A DNA stretch of 64,000 nucleotides from an uncultured virus (IMG/VR IMGVR_UViG_3300010352_001343) (IMGVR_UViG_3300010352_001343); one strand, 5' to 3'; positions 37,712-47,674 are shown, counted from the stretch's first letter. Program-made: numbers and translations. The notes: generated by a model from the sequence alone, not told the origin.

Positions 37712-38404
37712 ATGAAAAGGAAATACGTTTATATAGTTTTTAAACTAAATCAGAAGTTCTATCAGAATATAAACCATGATTTGAAAAGGTTTGGTTTCAA
37801 ATATATTACCGCTCATATTCCAGTAATTAATGTTTTATCAAAAACCATTAAAACTCAAGATGTTTATGAGAGTATACCTATGTTATTTATTTATGGCTTT
37901 TTAAGAATACCAGTTGAATTTGCTTTTGATAGATATGTATTAGAGGATATTAGAAGAACTATACCTGGTATTAATGCTTTTTTAAAGACTGTTCAATTCT
38001 TACATAACAAAAAACAAAAGAAGAGAATAGATAATTCTGATATCTTTGATGATTACACAATAGCCAATACAGTACCACGTAAGGAAGTTAAAAGACTTAT
38101 GAAGATGGCTAAGAATAATGAGATATTTAATCTTGATGATGTTACCAGGATTATCAATGGTGATTATCTTATATTAAGAGGTTATCCATTTGATGGTTTG
38201 GAAGCTATTATCCAAGATATTGATATAGAAAACCAAAAAGTAAAAGTATCAATACTTGCTGGAGAAGGTGTAATAAATACAAAAGTTGATTTCCAAAACA
38301 TCATATATTCAGTCTATAGAAGTTTTGATGAAAATAAAACAGATTTAATGCCAGTAGATAAATTAATGTATTACGATGAAAACGAACGCTCAGAAGATGA
38401 ATAA
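37712..38404 (+). CDS. NusG-family transcription factor (NGN + KOW)
   Basis: HIPV...PMLFIYGFL (NGN); GD...L.GYPFDGLEAII..ID....KVKV.I (KOW). Confidence 0.75.
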   Translation: MKRKYVYIVFKLNQKFYQNINHDLKRFGFKYITAHIPVINVLSKTIKTQDVYESIPMLFIYGFLRIPVEFAFDRYVLEDIRRTIPGINAFLKTVQFLHNKKQKKRIDNSDIFDDYTIANTVPRKEVKRLMKMAKNNEIFNLDDVTRIINGDYLILRGYPFDGLEAIIQDIDIENQKVKVSILAGEGVINTKVDFQNIIYSVYRSFDENKTDLMPVDKLMYYDENERSEDE

Positions 38405-39281
38405 AGCTCAGCAAAAAGCTTGGGCGTGTTTAAGAGACACAGAAAAACAATCATTATATTTAATACTATCAAATGGTTTATCAACTTGGGAAGCTGGAGA
38501 AGTAATAGGATTACATCACTATAAGTACTTAGAACTTAAATCTAGGTCTGAGAAATTCTTTAAAATGTTTACAGATTTTTTTAGTCTATATCCAGATCTA
38601 ATAAGGCCTGGGGTTATTAATGAAAATGTAAGAGATTACTTTGATGCAGCTATAATAAAAAGACTAGACAAAGATGAATGTGTAAATTATGCTGGTGATA
38701 ATAAATTTAGATTACTAGCAACAAGAAGATCATCAATCATAACTGCCATCTGCAAATTGAGAAGGTCAGAAAACCAATGGGACAAAGATGCTTGTAAATT
38801 GATAACTGAGTTTGATAGGTGGAATAATTTTAGAATACTACCAAGAGAATTACAAGCTCCATCGGCATACAACCGTAGAAAAGCAAAAAAAGAAAAATCT
38901 TATATAAGATACTTAAAGAATTTTCCAGAACCAACACTGGCTAAACTAATAGATCTTATTTATTATAATGGTAAACCTTTCAGAACTCTATACTTCGTAG
39001 CTTTATCAGAAACACTATCGGATGAAGGTTATATAATAGTACCATTTAAAAAATCTACAAAAAATATTAATCATCTAACTGGCCTTAAATTTTATATATT
39101 TGAGGATATCTTAGATGCCGAACTATTTGGGCAGCATATCAAGAACTATTTTGATTTGGTAACCTCATCTAAAGAGGGTCATCTATTTTGGAAAGAATAT
39201 AGAAAAATCATTGAAAAGTCCTATAATTATAAAACCATAACCAATATTGATATTTTTAATGATACTCTTGATAACTTTTAA
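38376..39281 (+). CDS. protein with N-terminal sigma-region-4-like HTH
   Basis: L...EKQSLYL....GLSTWEAGEVIGL......LKSRSEK; start may be ATG 38397. Confidence 0.5.
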   Translation: MKTNAQKMNKAQQKAWACLRDTEKQSLYLILSNGLSTWEAGEVIGLHHYKYLELKSRSEKFFKMFTDFFSLYPDLIRPGVINENVRDYFDAAIIKRLDKDECVNYAGDNKFRLLATRRSSIITAICKLRRSENQWDKDACKLITEFDRWNNFRILPRELQAPSAYNRRKAKKEKSYIRYLKNFPEPTLAKLIDLIYYNGKPFRTLYFVALSETLSDEGYIIVPFKKSTKNINHLTGLKFYIFEDILDAELFGQHIKNYFDLVTSSKEGHLFWKEYRKIIEKSYNYKTITNIDIFNDTLDNF

Positions 39282-39291
39282 TAAGCCAATT

Positions 39292-39339
39292 GAGATGGTT
39301 GAGATGTAGTTATTTTTCATTTTTTATTATATAATTTTG
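39292..39339 (+). promoter_or_regulatory. repeated phage promoter, copy 1
   Basis: GAGATGGTTGAGATGTAGTTA...TAATTTTG. Confidence 0.7.
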
Positions 39340-39418
39340 TAATGAAATTTTAAAAGAATGAAAAAACCAAATAAACTCTACAAAAACTATACATATATTA
39401 TAATAAATAAAAGCAAAC

Positions 39419-40006
39419 ATGGCTAAGAAAAAATCAAAGATTAAGATTGAGAAAATGACGGCTACTGAGAAGAAAGCTAAAAAGACTAATATATCTCAGG
39501 GTAGTCAGGTTTCTTATTCATTCCCAGAAATTAAAAAAATAGCAATAACTTTGGGGATGCCATTCCCAGATGCTACTGATTCAGATTATTGGGGATTACT
39601 TTCGTATGTAAATAATACGAATGAAAAACCAGACCCAAGTTTAGTTGAAAAATATGATAACTGGGTTGATGAACAACTCGAAAAACTAGGATATCCTAAG
39701 GATGACCCAATGAGAAGTAATCAACTTCGATTGGGTTATCTTAGTGAAGAAGCTAAAATGAGACAAACTTTGGGTATCAAAAAGAAGAAAGAAAGACCTA
39801 TTAAAGAAAAATCTGAAAAGAGGCATGAAAAAGATGAAAATAATCTCTGGAAGGGCACGAAAAAGTCTTATACATTTGAATTAACTAAAAAAGGTTATGA
39901 TCTTGAAAGAATACAACGTAGGGTTATAAAAGCTTTTCCGGAAGCTAACCATAAGTCAATAAAACAATGGCACCGTGCTGCATTAAAAAAGATTAAAAAT
40001 GGATAA
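39419..40006 (+). CDS. basic protein with possible C-terminal HTH
   Basis: Lys-rich; GTKKSYTFEL...FPEAN.KSIKQW. Confidence 0.55.
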   Translation: MAKKKSKIKIEKMTATEKKAKKTNISQGSQVSYSFPEIKKIAITLGMPFPDATDSDYWGLLSYVNNTNEKPDPSLVEKYDNWVDEQLEKLGYPKDDPMRSNQLRLGYLSEEAKMRQTLGIKKKKERPIKEKSEKRHEKDENNLWKGTKKSYTFELTKKGYDLERIQRRVIKAFPEANHKSIKQWHRAALKKIKNG

Positions 40007-40190
40007 AATGGATAAACTCAAAAGAATAACTCAGATAATTGAGTCATGTAAAACCAAGGATCAAATTGAATCATGTTACTCTTTTTCAAATACTAAAGCC
40101 ACTTTCTTCTCACAAGAAGATGATGATAGTAGATTAATCATCAATAATATGGTTAATGAAAAAGCCAAATCGATGCACCTTTTAAATTAA
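39999..40190 (+). CDS. hypothetical protein
   Basis: ORF track; overlaps upstream stop. Confidence 0.6.
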   Translation: MDKMDKLKRITQIIESCKTKDQIESCYSFSNTKATFFSQEDDDSRLIINNMVNEKAKSMHLLN

Positions 40191-40197
40191 AACAAAT

Positions 40198-41391
40198 ATG
40201 AAATTAACAGACAAAGAATTTTTCTACACCTCAGAAGGATTAGTTGATTCAAAACACATTTTGAATACCAATCCAGATAAAGAGATAGATATCAGTTATC
40301 TAGATCTTTTGGAAAAAGAGGGAGTCACATTAGAACAACTAAGAGAGTTTGAAAATGAAGGATTGGACATTTTCAGGTATAAAACTCAAATTACAATCCA
40401 TGGTATTTTCCCAACACTAAAATCAAAAAGAATTGGTGACTACAAGTCATTAATTGAAAACAAAAACAGGTCAATTGGAGTTAAATGGAGAGCTATTGAT
40501 TTGGACAAGAAAAAAGAAGTTTTTACATTATTCCAGCGTTACTACAAAGGATTTAGTATAGTAAGTTCTTCACAACATTTCTTTTTAAGAAAATATGACT
40601 TCGTAAAAGATAAAGAAGATTTTGAAAAGAAGTATGCCGAATTAAAAGAGATAGCTTGTAAGATTGATAAAAAACTATTTTATGGTAATGTAAGTATATT
40701 CACTGCCAAGTACATTGGTCAACTTTTACTGGTTATGGATATACACCTCAATGCTATAGATAAGAATAATATTCCTAAGTTTATAACTAAAGCTACTGGA
40801 GTAAAGTATCAAGATATTCTTAATGAAATCAGGTTAGAAAATGAAGCTAAAGATAAAGAGACATTGAGAATTGAAAAACAAAAAGAAGCTAACAAAGAGG
40901 CTAAAGAAAAATATATTCAAGAGAATATAATACCAAAAGGATTTATTCTAGAAAAGAATCATAAGGTTCTTAAACCTGGGGATATTATATTTGGTTTATC
41001 AACCTATATTAAACCGGATTATACCATTTCTAAGTTTTCTGAAAACTATTATTTGGTTATATCTGATAATAATAAGTTAAAGTATATAACTATCAAGGAT
41101 GAGAATGATACAGATCCAGAAATACAAAGAACTAGACCAATCAATGATTTAAACGGCAGAAACTTTTATTATAAACCAAAAATAAGGGTTGAAATGAAAG
41201 TCAATGACAAACCAAATATCAGAATAGTTGATTACTCAGAAAAAGCAGTTGCTATATATGGGGACACTAAACCATATAAAGGTGAACTAAAATCAATGGG
41301 TGGATCCTATAATTCAAGATTAAAAGAAGGCCCAGGATGGATATTCAAGGCCTCAAAAAAAGAAGAGCTAAAGAAGTTTTTTAACCTATGA
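40198..41391 (+). CDS. hypothetical protein with small conserved-looking C-terminal domain
   Basis: DYSEKAVAIYGDTKPYK..LK.MGG.YN.RL..GPGWIF, a pattern recalled from mobile-element proteins. Confidence 0.6.
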   Translation: MKLTDKEFFYTSEGLVDSKHILNTNPDKEIDISYLDLLEKEGVTLEQLREFENEGLDIFRYKTQITIHGIFPTLKSKRIGDYKSLIENKNRSIGVKWRAIDLDKKKEVFTLFQRYYKGFSIVSSSQHFFLRKYDFVKDKEDFEKKYAELKEIACKIDKKLFYGNVSIFTAKYIGQLLLVMDIHLNAIDKNNIPKFITKATGVKYQDILNEIRLENEAKDKETLRIEKQKEANKEAKEKYIQENIIPKGFILEKNHKVLKPGDIIFGLSTYIKPDYTISKFSENYYLVISDNNKLKYITIKDENDTDPEIQRTRPINDLNGRNFYYKPKIRVEMKVNDKPNIRIVDYSEKAVAIYGDTKPYKGELKSMGGSYNSRLKEGPGWIFKASKKEELKKFFNL

Positions 41392-41549
41392 AAAAAGTTT
41401 TTAAACTATTAATAAACAACTGGTTACTGGTGGTAATGTGTATTATTTTAATTCTAGTAGTTATCTATGTAAACTATAAGAACTATATTAATTTATCCGA
41501 AACTAAGAAAACTGAAATTGAACAAAATCCTTTTCCAACATGGCCCTAA
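41388..41549 (+). CDS. 53-aa single-pass membrane protein, not in ORF track
   Basis: MKKVFKLLINNWLLVVMCIILILVVIYV...; ATGA overlap with the upstream gene. Confidence 0.6.
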   Translation: MKKVFKLLINNWLLVVMCIILILVVIYVNYKNYINLSETKKTEIEQNPFPTWP

Positions 41550-42145
41550 AATATAATGAATATGACCAAGAGATCAAGAATGCTAGACGACACTTCTTAA
41601 CAGGTGAAATAGTATTATCAGATTTATCAGCTGGGGCAAAACGCTATCTAAAAAAGAAGAAGACTTTAAATCGAAAGCGGTTAGCTAAATCTTATATGTC
41701 ACGGTATGATAAGAGGTTATACTATAATAAGTGGTATCCCTGGTGTTATAAAGGTGAAATACCTACAGTTTATCCACAAGGATTTTATGACCTATGGTAT
41801 CCTAAGAAAAAATTACTTTTAACTTATGGACCTAATGCTTTAGAACATATCAGATGGATAAAAGGTATTAATGCAGTAGAAAAAGACTTTGCAATAGGTA
41901 AAAGCTTATTTATTAATGGGTCATGGACTACTGGTATTTCAAGAATATATTATCCACCAGAGATTGCTTATAACCGTAATCATAAATCTTATAGGATAAA
42001 AATAAAACAAGCACTTTGTAAGGGTAGTGCTAAAGATATAGAGAAATCTCTCGTTAAAGTATTAAAGAAATATATGGCTAATCGACCTATTTTGATTAAA
42101 AAGCCAAAAAAAGTAAAGGCCAACTTAAAGCCAACTTTATTCTAA
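41540..42145 (+). CDS. basic hypothetical protein
   Basis: ORF track. Confidence 0.6.
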   Translation: MALKYNEYDQEIKNARRHFLTGEIVLSDLSAGAKRYLKKKKTLNRKRLAKSYMSRYDKRLYYNKWYPWCYKGEIPTVYPQGFYDLWYPKKKLLLTYGPNALEHIRWIKGINAVEKDFAIGKSLFINGSWTTGISRIYYPPEIAYNRNHKSYRIKIKQALCKGSAKDIEKSLVKVLKKYMANRPILIKKPKKVKANLKPTLF

Positions 42146-42219
42146 GAACCACTTAAATTAGAGGATATCTATTTATAAATTGAAAGAACCCTATTAATAA
42201 CAATTAAAATTTTTTAAAA

Positions 42220-42738
42220 ATGGCTAAGAAAACCAAAGAAAAAAAAGAAATCGGAAGAGTTAACGTAAACGGTATCGAATTCATTAAATATGATGATGGT
42301 ACTTCAACAATGATTACAACTACCGAATTAGATGCAGATCAAACGGAAGAACTTTTAGGATCAGAATCTTCTGAAGAAGACGAAGATGAAGAAGAGGAAG
42401 AAGAAGAAGATGAAAAACCAAAAGGAAAAAAAGGTGGCAAAAAAGAAGAACCAAAAGGAAAAAAGAAACCAGTAGACGATGATGAGGATGAAGAAGAGGA
42501 AGAAGAAGAGGAAGAAGAGGAGGATGAAGAAGAGGAAGAATTAACCGGCAAACAATTGGCTGAAATGGATTTCGAAGAATGTGAAGATCTTTGTGATTCT
42601 AATGATTTGGAAACTGACCCAGACGATTTCGATGAAGATGATGTTGAAGCTCTAAGAAAAGCAATAGCTAAAGAACTTGGACTAACTCTACCAAAGTCTA
42701 AAAAAGAAGACAAAAAAGGTAAAAAAGGTAAAAAATAA
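42220..42738 (+). CDS. highly acidic/Lys-block low-complexity protein
   Basis: Poly-Glu/Asp tracts alternating with KKGKK blocks. Confidence 0.75.
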   Translation: MAKKTKEKKEIGRVNVNGIEFIKYDDGTSTMITTTELDADQTEELLGSESSEEDEDEEEEEEEDEKPKGKKGGKKEEPKGKKKPVDDDEDEEEEEEEEEEEDEEEEELTGKQLAEMDFEECEDLCDSNDLETDPDDFDEDDVEALRKAIAKELGLTLPKSKKEDKKGKKGKK

Positions 42739-42779
42739 GAGAGTAATCTCAAGTAATTAATTAAAATCATAAAAAACGT

Positions 42780-43214
42780 ATGGCAAAGGAAACCAAAAAA
42801 CCAGAAACCAAAAAAGGTAAAGTTGACGATAAAGCTGCAAAAAGAGCCGCTCGTATGGAAAAACTTAAAAATCGCCCAGAAGGTCAACGCGAAAATTCAA
42901 AACAAGTAGATGTAATCCCATTCGATGGTGGTCAAGTACAAGTATTTGCTGCTCCAGTTCGTAAATTTGGATGTATCATCACAGCTATTGCATTAAACAG
43001 TGATGGTGAACCAGTATCAGTAAGTGTAACTCCACTAGGTGGATTTAAACCAAAATCCAAAAAAGGACATGGTACCTTAGTACTTGGAATCCCTGGAGTT
43101 AAAAAATCTAAAGGTGGCGAAGAAGATGAAGAAGATGAAGATGAACAACCTGAAGAAAAACCAGTAAAAGGAAAAGCCGGCAAAGCTGGTAAAGGAAAAA
43201 AAGGCGAAGACTAA
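42780..43214 (+). CDS. Lys-rich protein with acidic patch
   Basis: ORF track; composition. Confidence 0.7.
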   Translation: MAKETKKPETKKGKVDDKAAKRAARMEKLKNRPEGQRENSKQVDVIPFDGGQVQVFAAPVRKFGCIITAIALNSDGEPVSVSVTPLGGFKPKSKKGHGTLVLGIPGVKKSKGGEEDEEDEDEQPEEKPVKGKAGKAGKGKKGED

Positions 43215-43252
43215 TCATAAGTAGTTTAGCCCCTATTTGATTATTAATTTGG

Positions 43253-43285
43253 AATTGGGGTATGGGCAACTATACCCCAATTTTT
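43253..43285 (+). terminator. intrinsic terminator
   Basis: AATTGGGGTAT/ATACCCCAATT stem followed by T run. Confidence 0.8.
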
Positions 43286-43292
43286 ATTTAAA

Positions 43293-43505
43293 ATGGATGA
43301 TTCTAGAGAAATTATTTATTTAGCACTTAGTAATTTAGTTATATTATATACTGAGTCTCTTAGATTAAATAAATTAAACCAGGAAGAAAAGGAAATGACC
43401 CAATATATCATTGAAAGATCTGAACAATTAATGAAAGGCCTTGAAGATGAAATTATAAAAGAAACCAATCAACCCATACAAAAACCTAAATGGACAGACC
43501 ACTAA
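43293..43505 (+). CDS. hypothetical protein
   Basis: ORF track. Confidence 0.6.
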   Translation: MDDSREIIYLALSNLVILYTESLRLNKLNQEEKEMTQYIIERSEQLMKGLEDEIIKETNQPIQKPKWTDH

Positions 43506-43849
43506 CCAACAGGGTTATACCAATTACTAGAGGTATATCAGAAATAACTGACTTAGCTAGAAGTATCTTAAATGAGGCTATAAATAATGCTAGAAAAGAA
43601 AAGTCAACCAAGGTACAAGAGGCTAGATTAGAATTACTACAAAATAAACAGAGTCATTTACTGAATAAACTTGATGACCTTGTTAAATCACCAGTTATGG
43701 AAGTTACCTATATGAATGAGAATCATATAAAGGTAAAAGAACTCTTTACTGCAAATGTCATAGAAATCAAAAGTTACCTGGAGTTTTACAATTATACACT
43801 ATTAACAATCACCAACATAAGAACCAATCAAGTCGAATATCAAAAATAA
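43490..43849 (+). CDS. hypothetical protein
   Basis: ORF track. Confidence 0.6.
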   Translation: MDRPLTNRVIPITRGISEITDLARSILNEAINNARKEKSTKVQEARLELLQNKQSHLLNKLDDLVKSPVMEVTYMNENHIKVKELFTANVIEIKSYLEFYNYTLLTITNIRTNQVEYQK

Positions 43850-43854
43850 ATATC

Positions 43855-44409
43855 ATGGTAAAGGTACTAAATACAAACAAAAAAGACGCATCTAAAGATG
43901 CTAAGTTAGCAACCGAAGAAAGGATTGCTTACATGAAGAAACACAAACTAAAAGAAGACAAGGACTATTCAAAAGACAAAGTTCATGGTCCAATTCTGGC
44001 TCAATTTGATAAACGTATCCAATTAGGACACATCAAAGCAACAGAAGGTATCAAGGAAGACAGAGAATCTAAGAAGAAGAACTTAAAGAAACCAGAAGTT
44101 CATAAGAAAAAGAAAGATGCTCCCGTTCCTAATACATACGAATATCCTACTCTCAATGGCAAACCTATGGGCCCAGACTCTAAACGTAAGTTTAGATCTA
44201 AAATGAGACCACTTCTCAAATCTGGAATGGCTACGGATAAAGCCTCCAAGATTGTTCTTGAAAAGTATTTCAACAACACCTTTCCAGCTAAAACTGGGTC
44301 CAAGGTAGAGGGTAAGAAAAAGGAAGAACCCAAGAAGGAAGAACCTAAGGCTAAGAAATTAGTTAAAAAGGTTGTGAAAAAGTCGACTTCCAAAAGAAGC
44401 GATGATTAA
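43855..44409 (+). CDS. Lys-rich basic protein
   Basis: Composition; YEYP...KRKFRSKMR motif. Confidence 0.7.
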   Translation: MVKVLNTNKKDASKDAKLATEERIAYMKKHKLKEDKDYSKDKVHGPILAQFDKRIQLGHIKATEGIKEDRESKKKNLKKPEVHKKKKDAPVPNTYEYPTLNGKPMGPDSKRKFRSKMRPLLKSGMATDKASKIVLEKYFNNTFPAKTGSKVEGKKKEEPKKEEPKAKKLVKKVVKKSTSKRSDD

Positions 44410-44426
44410 ATTTTTACTATGTTTGT

Positions 44427-44463
44427 AAGGGTCAGACTAATCATAAGTAGTTTGGCCCTTTTT
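44427..44463 (+). terminator. intrinsic terminator
   Basis: AAGGGTCAGACTA/TAGTTTGGCCCTT stem followed by T run. Confidence 0.75.
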
Positions 44464-44500
44464 CGTGGTCAAAAATTCAAACTTTAACTAGGCCTAATCA

Positions 44501-44548
44501 GAAGGTTGGGATGTAGTTATTTTTAATTTTATTTTATATATTTTTATT
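44501..44548 (+). promoter_or_regulatory. repeated phage promoter, copy 2
   Basis: GGTTGGGATGTAGTTA...ATTTTATATATTTTTATT. Confidence 0.7.
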
Positions 44549-44578
44549 TATATTCATTAATTAAATTAAAAAGAAACA

Positions 44579-45178
44579 ATGAAAAACCAATTTACTTTTC
44601 CAGCCTACGTGGATATCTTTTTAAAAGATCCCAAAGAATGTATTTCTTCAATAACGGGTATTAAACCTTCAAAAAATGAATCAGGTGTATTAGACCTCTA
44701 TTCATCTATCCATAAAGACAATTATAAAGTTAAAACTTTAAGAATTGAAAAAATTGAAAGTTTTTGTACTAAAACCATAAATAGTTTAACCTACGAAGAA
44801 ATTGAAATTGGTGAAGTTTATAATGCTACAAATGATGACCAGATAGATGAAGAGTCTGAAGAATATATTTTTTATAAATTCTTGGTAATTTCTAAAGATG
44901 ATAATGGAATTGGTGTTCTTTTATTAGATCTTACAAAGAATGTGTCATTAAATAATCCAAAGATTAAACTTATTAAAGACTTAATTCCATATATAAAACC
45001 CGAGTATATTAATCATGGTGAAGAAGGTCTAAGTCTTTTTATTTTTAATGAAACCTTAGATGATGATGACTTAATTGAAGAAGTAGATGAAAATGTAGTT
45101 TACTATAACCAAGACAATAATACTATCTCAGATATAAGCAGTGAATATGTTGGTACTATCTTTATTTGTAAGATTTAA
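44579..45178 (+). CDS. acidic hypothetical protein
   Basis: ORF track. Confidence 0.6.
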   Translation: MKNQFTFPAYVDIFLKDPKECISSITGIKPSKNESGVLDLYSSIHKDNYKVKTLRIEKIESFCTKTINSLTYEEIEIGEVYNATNDDQIDEESEEYIFYKFLVISKDDNGIGVLLLDLTKNVSLNNPKIKLIKDLIPYIKPEYINHGEEGLSLFIFNETLDDDDLIEEVDENVVYYNQDNNTISDISSEYVGTIFICKI

Positions 45179-45189
45179 TCATTAAAACT

Positions 45190-45624
45190 ATGTATAAATT
45201 AAAAATTAACAACCCAGCAATCTATTTCCAGAAACAAGCTATTCCAAAATTTGAATTATATACTCAAACATTTGAAAAAACTCTAGAAAAGCTTGAAAAG
45301 AAAGGGAAAATCAGTGATATTCATATAAATACCACAATGGCTAATGGAGGGTATGCTATTCACATTAGATTCAAAACTAATGATAAGCTAAAGAAGCCTT
45401 TAAAGGAAAAACTTGAGTCACTAAAGAATACAATATATTTATATCCGGGTCCATATTTCTGTGACTTAGTAGTTAATTCTAAGAGTACTATAAAACCAGT
45501 ACTGAATGCTAAGTATGGTAATGAACCAGAATATCAGATACGACTTAAGAAAGGGTATGAAGGAATGGATAAAGCAATAGAAAAGTTCTTCCAAGACTTG
45601 GAAGATTATATTAATAATTTTTAA
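45190..45624 (+). CDS. hypothetical protein
   Basis: ORF track. Confidence 0.6.
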   Translation: MYKLKINNPAIYFQKQAIPKFELYTQTFEKTLEKLEKKGKISDIHINTTMANGGYAIHIRFKTNDKLKKPLKEKLESLKNTIYLYPGPYFCDLVVNSKSTIKPVLNAKYGNEPEYQIRLKKGYEGMDKAIEKFFQDLEDYINNF

Positions 45625-45636
45625 AATCAAACCGTT

Positions 45637-46095
45637 ATGAAAAAAGTTTTATTAAAAGTGATGACCAAAGAAGGTCATATCCAAGAAGGTATTGTAGAAA
45701 TGGTATCAGGGGGTTGTAATTCTAATTGGTTACATTGTAATTGTGATGAAGGTGTTGATCGTAATTGTAATGTATTAGATGCTGAGTATGAAATACATAC
45801 TAGAGAGATTGAGATGATTAAACCATATATATTTGATACTGAAGAAGTTCCAACTCAACGGGATGAGACCCAAAAAGGTGAAAAATTCCACAGATCAGCT
45901 ATCATTAAGGATGGCGTACCTACTGTAACTACTGAAGAAAAACATATTTACACTAAGGAAGAACTTGATTCTCTTAATGAAGATGAATTGGAAAAAGTAG
46001 CTGAACTATTTGGTATTGATACCATGGAGTTATTTAACCATGAGATTATTGAAGCTATTTTAGAACTTCAAAAAGAATTAAGCCATGAAAGCTAG
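45637..46095 (+). CDS. hypothetical protein with possible Rho-N/HeH-like C-terminal domain
   Basis: EELDSLNEDELEKVAELFGI......EIIEAILE. Confidence 0.5.
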   Translation: MKKVLLKVMTKEGHIQEGIVEMVSGGCNSNWLHCNCDEGVDRNCNVLDAEYEIHTREIEMIKPYIFDTEEVPTQRDETQKGEKFHRSAIIKDGVPTVTTEEKHIYTKEELDSLNEDELEKVAELFGIDTMELFNHEIIEAILELQKELSHES

Positions 46096-46414
46096 GTCTA
46101 AATATTCATTAAGAGGGCTGGCGTTAGCCTTAATAATCATTGGTATATTATGGTTAATAATTGTATCTTTAGCTAGCTGTGATTCTAAACCGAAACAACA
46201 ATCTCTTTATACTTTTGAAATGACATTGGTTACCGGTAAAGAAATTACTGAAACCTATAGATTAGAAGGTGGTATTAATGATTTCTTCATTTTGGAAGAT
46301 AGAGGTAGTTATGCTTTAGCTTGTTATGGAACAAGTGATCATCCAGTCAATGTAAGAAATGGTGTTATAGATTTTAAACTTTTAAAAATTGAATCATGTC
46401 AAAAGCAACCATAA
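46085..46414 (+). CDS. membrane/lipoprotein-like protein
   Basis: Hydrophobic N-terminus ending in LASC lipobox. Confidence 0.55.
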   Translation: MKARSKYSLRGLALALIIIGILWLIIVSLASCDSKPKQQSLYTFEMTLVTGKEITETYRLEGGINDFFILEDRGSYALACYGTSDHPVNVRNGVIDFKLLKIESCQKQP

Positions 46415-46626
46415 GACTTGAAGTAACTGGTTCATCGAGAATTAAAAGTATCGAATATGACCCTACATCTAAAGAATTAGTTATTAACTATGTTAAAGGT
46501 GGGTCATATAGGTATTTTGAAGTTCCTCAAAAGGAATTTGATGAATTTAATAACTCAGAATCAGTTGGGGTACACTGTACATTATTCTTAGGTAGAGGCT
46601 ACAAATATGAAAAGATAGTAAAATAG
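46396..46626 (+). CDS. KTSC domain protein
   Basis: SSRIKSIEYD....L.I.Y..G..YRYFEVP...FDEF..SESVG. Confidence 0.85.
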   Translation: MSKATIRLEVTGSSRIKSIEYDPTSKELVINYVKGGSYRYFEVPQKEFDEFNNSESVGVHCTLFLGRGYKYEKIVK

Positions 46627-46950
46627 ATGTTTAGGTACTTTTTTCATATCTCGAAGAAGATACTAATCTGGATAATACTATTTTGGTTGTTATGTTATAC
46701 AATTAACTCTACAGTAGAAGATGAATGGACAGAACCAAAACCTGTCGGCAATTACTGGTTAAATGAAGACACTTCTAAAATACTACAAATTAAGGTTTTA
46801 AACTATGATACTCACTTAATTGAATATAGTGATACTTCACCAGCCCCAGATTCTATCAAAAAATCTAAGTTCAATGTTAAATCTAAAGAAACTGACCTCT
46901 TAAATGGCGATATAGACTATTATGAACTATATGAATACTACCATGATTAA
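46627..46950 (+). CDS. membrane-anchored hypothetical protein
   Basis: N-terminal TM segment. Confidence 0.55.
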   Translation: MFRYFFHISKKILIWIILFWLLCYTINSTVEDEWTEPKPVGNYWLNEDTSKILQIKVLNYDTHLIEYSDTSPAPDSIKKSKFNVKSKETDLLNGDIDYYELYEYYHD

Positions 46951-46957
46951 GCCAATT

Positions 46958-47008
46958 GAGACAGTTAGGATGTAGTTAAAATTAAAAATATTTTATATAT
47001 TTTTATTC
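46958..47008 (+). promoter_or_regulatory. repeated phage promoter, copy 3
   Basis: GAGACAGTTAGGATGTAGTTA...ATTTTATATATTTTTATT. Confidence 0.7.
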
Positions 47009-47054
47009 ATATTAATTAAATTTATTTATTCACAATTTAAAACAACCCTATCCA

Positions 47055-47360
47055 ATGAACAAAGACAAAAACAAAAAGAAGATCATCATCATCAAAAAGA
47101 CACAAGAATCTTCAAAGCCAAAGAAAACCAAAGACCCAAGCAAAAAAGATACTTCCAAAGGTATAGCTAGGGAGGTTAAATACATCTACCCAGATGATTG
47201 TACAGATATCTTATCCAGGAAGACCTTCAGAGGTAAGATTAGATCTAAAATCAAAACTTTCGAACTTGCCCTAAGCAGGATTGAAGACAAGGAATCAACA
47301 AAGTACAAAAAACTTAACCGAGAATTTAAAGATTACAAGAAAACAGTGATTAAATCATAG
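47055..47360 (+). CDS. Lys-rich basic protein
   Basis: YIYP...RKTFRGKIR motif. Confidence 0.65.
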   Translation: MNKDKNKKKIIIIKKTQESSKPKKTKDPSKKDTSKGIAREVKYIYPDDCTDILSRKTFRGKIRSKIKTFELALSRIEDKESTKYKKLNREFKDYKKTVIKS

Positions 47361-47362
47361 CT

Positions 47363-47674
47363 ATGGAATCAGAACAACTCCCTGAAAAAACCATCAAAAG
47401 GTGGAATGAAGAGTTGGTTGACTTACATAAAAAAGCTGTAGTATCTTATTTATCTATGGAAGGTGTACGGTTCCAAACTAGAAAAAAGATATTAAAATTA
47501 TATGATTGGTATATCGGTCCATCTAATATCAGAAGTTACATTGTTGTTAGACCAATGTCCATTTTTATAAATGCTCTTATAACAAACCAGTTGGGTAAGA
47601 TATCTTATTTTACTCATCACAATGGTAAAAAATTCTTAAAAAAGCAAAATCAAAAGAAACCACCAAAAACTTAA
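47363..47674 (+). CDS. hypothetical protein
   Basis: ORF track. Confidence 0.6.
   Translation: MESEQLPEKTIKRWNEELVDLHKKAVVSYLSMEGVRFQTRKKILKLYDWYIGPSNIRSYIVVRPMSIFINALITNQLGKISYFTHHNGKKFLKKQNQKKPPKT

Noticed and set aside
42339..43183. Ser/Phe-rich minus-strand ORFs
   Set aside because: Antisense shadows of GAA/AAA-rich genes
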